From contig NC_092671.1 of NCBI RefSeq assembly GCF_964355755.1, positions 15,004,001 through 15,068,000 on the forward strand: DNA of 64,000 nucleotides, read 5' to 3'. Shown in pieces: positions 56,701 through 64,000 of this stretch. Each line of letters begins with the position of its first letter. Within the stretch, counting starts at the first letter, position 1. The notes beneath the pieces were generated by a model, which saw nothing but the letters and a program-made list of their open reading frames with translations, searched no databases and had not been told where the DNA came from. The stretch comes from Antedon mediterranea (Eukaryota > Animalia > Echinodermata). A program made the translations under genes and the position numbers.

Positions 56701-59700
56701 TTATATTGATGTGGTTGAGCGAATATAAAGAAATGGAAGAGTTTGTAATGCTGATATACAAAATAATACTGTACTACACATTCACAAAAATTGAAAATAG
56801 CATTTTACAGTGCCAGAAATATGTTTATGCATATCAAGAAAGTGCCTTCCTGCAAGCATGAATTATTTAAAAATGCCACGATATTATTAGGATATGGTCA
56901 TAGTATATAATTTTAAATTTAGTTTATTAATTTTGGAAAACAAATGGCTATTGTTGTGTCAGAAGACTAGCAAGAGACCATGCGGCTGACAAAGTCAGAG
57001 CAGAAAGAGTGAATGGTCAGACTCGGAGCATAGATTTAAAAAAAATTTTTTAACAAGTTCTCATTTTCGTAATAAAATAACATACAGTTTATTTATTATG
57101 ATTTACACATAAAATAATAATACGTTGCTGACGAGGTAAATGCAGTGTTCATAAAAACTATAGTACTGTAAAATAGGAAAAAAAACATGACCTATTTTTA
57201 ACTAAATTCTACACACCGCCGTAAGAGGGCCGACTCCATGTGTTGTTGTTGATCGATGATGATCGATGATATGTCGCGCGTGAAATGCATCGACGGCCGA
57301 TCAGAGACGGACGGGGAAGAAGATGTCCAGTAGTCTGGTGCTGCTGTGTTGTTAGTTGAGCCTAGCTGTGTTTGAAAAACATTTATTAACGGAATTTGTG
57401 AATGAAAATGCATATTTTAGATGTTTGATGGCATAAAATGTTATATTTGTGTAAGTAGTTGTTTCTGTGTGTAGTGATGATTAATAATAAGCAAGGAAAC
57501 TTTGTTTAAAGAAAGGTGGTTTCTTCGCGTTTCTTTGTGAAGCTATTCCGCCGCCGGCTAGGAGTTCAGGAGCATGCAGCAGCAGCTAACCTGACCTTGA
57601 TGATCGAACTATCACTGGCAACTCTCTGAAGAAAGGAGGCCAGTTTGTTTAGCCTGGCTAGCTAGATAGTAGGCCAAACTCCTTACTTTTTGTGTTCTTT
57701 ATAAAATAGTCTAGGTATAAAAAGAATTAGAATATCAGCAATCTTTTGGTAATTACAAATCAAATCCATTGTCTTTGTGTGAAAAATTTGTAAATAAAAT
57801 TGAATTGTGCAAAAAAAACAGCTACATTTTTCTTTGAAAAATTTTAAAATGAAATAATAAAGGAGCATCCATAGTAAATATGCCTAGAGGCCTCTATAGT
57901 ATAAATGATCAAATACTACTACAGGAAAGCCTAGATAACTGTGATGAATGATACATGAAATAACCTTCACTAGTAGGCCTAGTTCACTGTTATCAACTGT
58001 CGGAGAGAATGACTGCCAGATCAGTGTCTACTGTCAAATAAATGTAGTTATTATAAAATAAGCCTAGGTCTTTGATTTGAAGTTCCGTCAAAAACTTCTC
58101 ATCCTGTCTCTGTGACTAATAAAAACAACATAATTTTTGTATTAGTAAATGTATTACTTTACATGATATACTGTCTGTAGTGTACAGTTATATATAATAT
58201 TATTTTATTATCGCATACGTAATTATCACATCACAACTAAGTACTGTATATTCCTCCAATCTTGACCTAGCCAAGACCTATTGCCTGCCTAGGATGTTAT
58301 GACCTAGTAAACTAACAATTTTCTATTTTGAGAAGATTCAGATCTGTTTAGGTTGATTCGATCCTACTGTATTTAACATTATTTTGTTTATACAGTAATT
58401 TATATGATTTGTATGACAAACAGTTTACTGTACGGAACTTCTATCTATCAGTCTGCATTTGGAAGTAAAGTTTAGTGTGTAGTTTTATTAGTACTCAATT
58501 CCAGTCTTTTCATTTTGTACAACTTTACAACATTTTTATTGTATAATTTGGTCATTACTCTACAGTACAAATTCACATGACTTCAGTATTATTTGATAAG
58601 AGCTAGGTAAATATGTATTTAGAAATACAGGTAGTTTTTGTGAAATTTAATGTATGTCAATGTCATTGTCATGACAAGTTTACAGTATGGTTATTCTATT
58701 GTTACGAATGTGCCTAGTGGTGCAAGACCGTAACAATAGTGAGATTTTAAAAATCAGAGAACAATAATGAACATAGATTTAACTCCACACACACACTACC
58801 GGTTTTTAACAAATTATCAAATCAATACATGCACCATTAAGCATCAAGTCAAAAGATAGACGTGTGAAATTTGTTAACATCATGTAACTAATTGAGAAGA
58901 CTGCAATACTGGAGAATTGGTTAGAAGGTCAGGTCTAAAATATTTATACTTTTTAATTCAGCGCCATATTATTATTTAACTGTGGGCAACAAAGCAAGCA
59001 ATTTGCCTTTTATATTTTCCAAAAATATCAATCATCCTAGATAATAGATTTTAAAATTCATAACCTTGCAAACTATGTATTAATTGGGCCATCATAAGTA
59101 CATTCAGCTTTGCAAAGCTACAGTACTTACATTTTTATTTCCAGACAAAGGAAGTTCAGTGTTATGTCTGGTTGTTTAGTTTCCTGTTTTGTAACCTTTG
59201 AAAATGTATTGAATCTTATTTATTTTAGTAATTTTTACTTAATTTGTACCATACCGGTAATTAAATTTGTTGTTGTTTGTTTTATACATTGTTTCTTATT
59301 GTCTGAAAATAGAATAAATAAAATCCTAATTTCTCTTAATTTTTGTTTTGATGTTTTAAAACACAAAAAAATAACTAACATAGCGTAATATCACATGTAT
59401 TATTGTTAAATTAAATAACTCAGCATGTTTTAGTTGAACATAATTTTCAATTCATACTCCGTATGAAAGTTAAGAATAGAATATCTCATAATAATTGGAA
59501 GGCACTATGCTAGCTATAACAAATAGATAATATTTGCCATGGTATTTGCTGGTTGTCACTGTTGTACCCTGACCCTGGTTCCAATTTAGGTTACAGCTAA
59601 TGGATTGTGACAATAAGCTAGGCCCTGCTATGGTTAGAGGTGCATCCACCCGCTGTGTAACATTTTTGAAATGATTTTGTTGTTTTCATATGTTTTCATC

Positions 59701-60494
59701 AGGCTCAATTTATAGACAAAAATATTATAATATAAAGCATAAATACAATATGAGAAGTCCAAAATATATTGAATATTTAGCCAAACATAAGAAATATGTT
59801 ACTCCAAATAAACATGACATTTAAAGGTTTCTTTTACCTATGTTGCATCTTCATCATGTATAAACTAAAAATACTGTGCTGCCACATTCCATCTCAATAG
59901 GGGTGCATTGTTGGGTTCTTCAGTGAATAACCTTCTGTGGAAAATGCATTATGCTCCGATTGCACTTTAAAATGCCATATGTTAGCATGCATACCAAGAT
60001 CTTTGAAATTTTATTTTTATTTATTTACTTTAGATGCTCACTTGCAATTTCTTATTGACCAACCATATTGACCAACCATTGACTTATTTGTGAGATACCT
60101 ACTTTATAAATATTATTTATCAGCTGTTAACAATGAAATGCTTGGACATGCCATGCTTGATCACCCCCTAGTTATTTCAAATTGATCTTAGTTAAACTGA
60201 TGGGTGAGAAACATCTTGGTGCACACATAGCATCGTCAATGTACTGTATGCAGCAGCATTTTGCAGCAGCATTTTCACAAGAAGACCCTGTCTATTATTG
60301 ATTGATTGAAAATTTAACATTTTACAAATTTTAATTTTACAACCCACTCTCAACCTGGCCAACTAACTCCAACCTGCCCTAAATTTAGCCTTGTTCGCAC
60401 TGTACTTGAAAATGGTAAATTTAACCATGGTAAACTTTACCCAGTAATTTTGACTATGATTGACTCCCATGGGAAGTCATGTGTTTGCATGTTT

Positions 60495-60828
60495 GGATTG
60501 GACTTTTTACCCAGCTTGTTTAGTTTTACCATAAGACCATGGCAAGTTCTACTGGTCAGACTGTGGTCAGTAAAAGTAACAAGTGGTTAATCACGGAGGT
60601 ATAATTTATACTGTACGTCCATGATTTGACCATGACAGAATTGTAACCAGTGTTCGGATTGGACTTTTTACCCAGCTTGTTTAGTTTTACCATAAGACAA
60701 TGGCAAGTTCTACTGGTCAGACTGTGGTCAGTAAAAGTAACAAGTGGTTAATCACGGAGGTATAATTTATACTGTACCTCCATGATTTGACCATGACAGA
60801 ATTGTAACCAGTGTTCGGATTGGACTTT
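60495..60828. repeat. 161-bp tandem duplication (two copies plus start of a third)
   Basis: GGATTGGACTTT starts at 60495, 60656 and 60817, and the intervening sequence is near-identical. Confidence 0.9.
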
Positions 60829-61818
60829 ATTGGTAATTTATTTTTTGTCTTATATAGCGCCTAATACAATGTTTCTTTACAAACAAAAATGATCCATAAA
60901 ATATTCTAAAATAACCAAAAAAAAGGAAGCATTTTCACCGCTCCGTTCTCCAGCTCTTTGAAGCTCCCATGGGAGCTCGCTGGAACAGTATTCACAGGAT
61001 CTTAATTGAAATAGCATCTGTCTATCCTATCCTACTGTACCAAAATTTGAAGATTATGTCTATTGTGATTTTATCATCATTATTGAACACAGTAGCAACT
61101 AATTCAATTGCATTGTTATTAGCATCAAACAATTTGTGCAATCTCCAAATATACATTACTATATGGTGTGGTGATAGTAATACTTCCTTCTGTAATGCCT
61201 ATAAACACTATAGCTTGCCAACTGTATAATAATAATAATTTACCCAGTGATGATACTGTACTATACACTTCACCATTAGACCAGTGGGATCTTTGATAGT
61301 ACAGTAGGTTCAAATCTGATAAAATTCAATTCATTTTAATTATGTAAAAAAAAAGTGACTCGACAGTTACTTCTGTTTACCAGCTACATTAGGCTTACAA
61401 AAGCAAGCTAGGTTAGGCCGTCCACGAGAGGACATTCAACTCGAGCTACTTAGGTAGTGCATTGTTTCTCTCTTTTAATCATAATTCACCATAACATGTA
61501 CATTTAAGACAAGGAATGACCTGGATTAATATTATTTTAAAAGTAATGTATGCAATTATTTGTACAAAACGTCCAATATTGTAGGGAATACAGTAGGTCT
61601 TTAACAAAATGTAATAATATTACAGTATTAATTATTATCCTACTCTTTTTCGTTGCTTTGTTAATGTTACACAGTACAGTGAATAAATAATGAATGATTA
61701 TTGTTTTGTCTTTACAGGTAAATGAGATGACTTTGATTATGATCAGCATTTAATAAGGAAATCTTCAATAATAACAACAAACTAAAATCTATCTGCTTTT
61801 GTTCTCACTATTGTAAAA

Positions 61819-62958
61819 ATGGCGCTTCCAAAAGCGAGTGTTTTGTTGGTGCTTTTTGCAGCTACTGCACTACTGTACATAGGAATCATTTACATTGATC
61901 AACCCGTGTCTAATATACATTATGGTGTAGAAGTTGCAGAAGGACAATATGGTGTTATCTGTAAAGATTGTAATAAATACTGTTATACGTCGCCATACAA
62001 TAAGAAGATGGTACCACTTCCTGAAGAGGAGTTGCATCAAATTGGTTGCGAAAAAAGATTACCACAAGCTTTGGTAATCGGTGTAAAAAAATCTGGTACA
62101 ACAGCGCTCAAACATTTTCTCAGTTTTCATCCGCAGTTAGCTTCCCCTGTTGATGAGGTGCATTACTTTGATAATCGTTATTTCATGGGAATTGATTGGT
62201 ATATATCGCAGATGCCGTATGCTTTAAGGAATCAAACGGTGTTAGAAAAAACGCCGCGCTACTTTGTGTGGGCTGATGCACCCGAACGGGCGAGCAGGGA
62301 CTTGTCGTCAGATTTACGCATGATTGTGGTTTTACGAGATCCTATTCCACGTGCTGTGTCCGACTTTGTTCACATAAAATTTAAAGATAACTTGAAAAAG
62401 ATCGCGGAAAATGGTGGAAAACCTGTGAAACAGATAGTTTTACCATTAACTGCAGAATTAAAGAAAGTGAGAGATAAGCAGAAAGTGTCCGATGACGTTC
62501 ACAATAAAGCTATTGGCAGCTCATTTTATGATGTTGTTGAATCTTTTGAAGAATCTGTGATAGACCCTGACGGAAATGTAAAAGGACACAATGCTTTAGT
62601 GGATACCGGAATATATGTGAAATATTTAAGACGGTGGTATGAAAAATTCCCACGCGATCAAATACTTGTAATGGATGGACTAGACTTGATTAAAAACCCA
62701 TATAAAGCAATGAAGTCTGTAGAAGAATTTTTAGGCCTAAATTCTCATTTTACTGAAAAACATTTTTATTTTGATGAGGAGAAACATTTTTTTTGTTTAG
62801 CTCTTCCAATAAAAGCATGCATGAGTGCTTCAAAAGGTCGAACACATCCTGAGGTTTCAGAAGAAGTCATGGCTAAATTACGAGAATTTTACAAACCATA
62901 TGATCAAGAACTTGAAGAGCTAACAGGACAGACCTTCTCATGGGTTCAGAGGGATTAG
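61819..62958 (+). CDS. Heparan sulfate glucosamine 3-O-sulfotransferase (HS3ST family), single coding exon
   Basis: 379-aa ORF with an N-terminal type II TM segment, KRLPQALVIGVKKSGT (5'-PSB), EVHYFD, EKTPRYF, RDPIPRAVSDF (3'-PB) and a C-terminal FFCL..CMSASKGRTHP. A splice acceptor TTTACAG at about 61718 implies an upstream UTR exon. Confidence 0.93.
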   Translation: MALPKASVLLVLFAATALLYIGIIYIDQPVSNIHYGVEVAEGQYGVICKDCNKYCYTSPYNKKMVPLPEEELHQIGCEKRLPQALVIGVKKSGTTALKHFLSFHPQLASPVDEVHYFDNRYFMGIDWYISQMPYALRNQTVLEKTPRYFVWADAPERASRDLSSDLRMIVVLRDPIPRAVSDFVHIKFKDNLKKIAENGGKPVKQIVLPLTAELKKVRDKQKVSDDVHNKAIGSSFYDVVESFEESVIDPDGNVKGHNALVDTGIYVKYLRRWYEKFPRDQILVMDGLDLIKNPYKAMKSVEEFLGLNSHFTEKHFYFDEEKHFFCLALPIKACMSASKGRTHPEVSEEVMAKLREFYKPYDQELEELTGQTFSWVQRD

Positions 62959-64000
62959 TGAATTATTGATTAATTATACTAATCTATAAAGTAAATAATA
63001 AAATTTATAAAGCATGTTTTTTTTTTAAAATTATGAATAAAGGTAGAAAAAGTTGTTCAATTTTAGTTTAAAGCTGTACTGTCCCCCAAAAACAATTGTT
63101 GTTAGACCATTTTTTTAAAGACATTTGATTTGGCTTATACAAAAATTGTTGTTTTTTGCTGAATCAAATTATTTTCTGTTGCTTTATATCGTGCAAAAGT
63201 AAAAAGAATGCTGTCTTTCATTTTATTTGACACTTCCTGGTTTTCATGGACATAGCCGGCTCATTAGTTTGCACAAAGGAAATGAAATGCATTATTATTA
63301 TAAATTATCTATACAGTACGGTAGATTTAGTACTCCTAGATAAAATGGACATGGAATTTTACTTAAAATACAGGGTGGAAACAAGATTGTATTATGGGTG
63401 GCTTAGCCAACTCTGCCCAGAAGCAAAGCTAAACTAATTGCAATAATACTGTAGCAATTGGTATACCACGTGGTACTTTTAATAAATTATTGGTATTTAT
63501 TAAAAAATAAGATTAAAAATTGAGTTAATATTGAATAGAAATAAATAGTCCAATTTAAAGATAAAAATGCTACCATAATTATTATGCAAAACAGGCTAAA
63601 ACATTAATGTTTTATCTATAAAAGGCAATTTATGCATTAATTTCAGTATTACAATTTATCAAATAAATGATGACAAATATTTAAGAGTAAAAATTATGAT
63701 ATGCAACTATTAATACCAATTGTGCATGCAAATATTGTATGGCTATATATCTGTGGACTAAAATTAAGCAATGAGAAAGTTTTTTATTTTATATCTTTTA
63801 TAATATTTAAACTTAATATTTGAATATTAAATACACATTGAATTTAGTGTTTATTATTCTTTTCTGCAAAGCTTGCCATGCTGTAAAAATAACAAATAAA
63901 AGTTTAGGTTTAGTTTTGGTATAAAAAAGTGATTGTTAGAGGCAGACTCCAATGCAGTGTCACAGTTCAAAAAGGGATTCTTTATAAGACTGTGTACAGT

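Noticed and set aside
63071-63090. Kolobok-like left terminus TTAA|AGCTGTACTGTCCCCC; a similar partial end lies at about 34048
   Set aside because: No convincing matching right TIR or TSD was found in the window, so no element was called.

Overview
AT-rich, intron-rich animal genomic DNA, probably from a marine invertebrate deuterostome such as an echinoderm (inference from gene content and repeat style only). Four protein-coding genes were reconstructed by reading GT-AG splice sites. (1) On the minus strand, a receptor tyrosine kinase with signal peptide, a 5.5-kb single-exon Thr-rich mucin-like region, four Cys-containing FN3-like repeats, a TM helix, an NPxY motif and a kinase domain whose 3' end runs off the window. 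(2) SINHCAF/FAM60A on the minus strand. (3) A 21-exon PP6 regulatory subunit (SAPS/PPP6R3-like) on the plus strand. (4) An intronless heparan-sulfate 3-O-sulfotransferase on the plus strand. The most unusual non-coding signal is a set of small (TA)n-associated retroelement-like inserts. Two carry hammerhead ribozyme cores (1531-1579 minus; 49177-49213 plus), both in the sense orientation of their host pre-mRNA. A third is a 365-bp, tandemly 1.5x-repeated, TSD-flanked unit that folds into a long rod with a tRNA-like cloverleaf at its tip and shares short motifs with one ribozyme insert. Also present: a 4.3-kb Academ-like TIR element with a nested Kolobok-like MITE and DR1 motif clusters, a Tc1/mariner-like non-autonomous element, Harbinger-like MITEs, two P-element-like footprints, a CTCF-type motif and several minisatellites. 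Coordinates were read by eye and no database searches were run.
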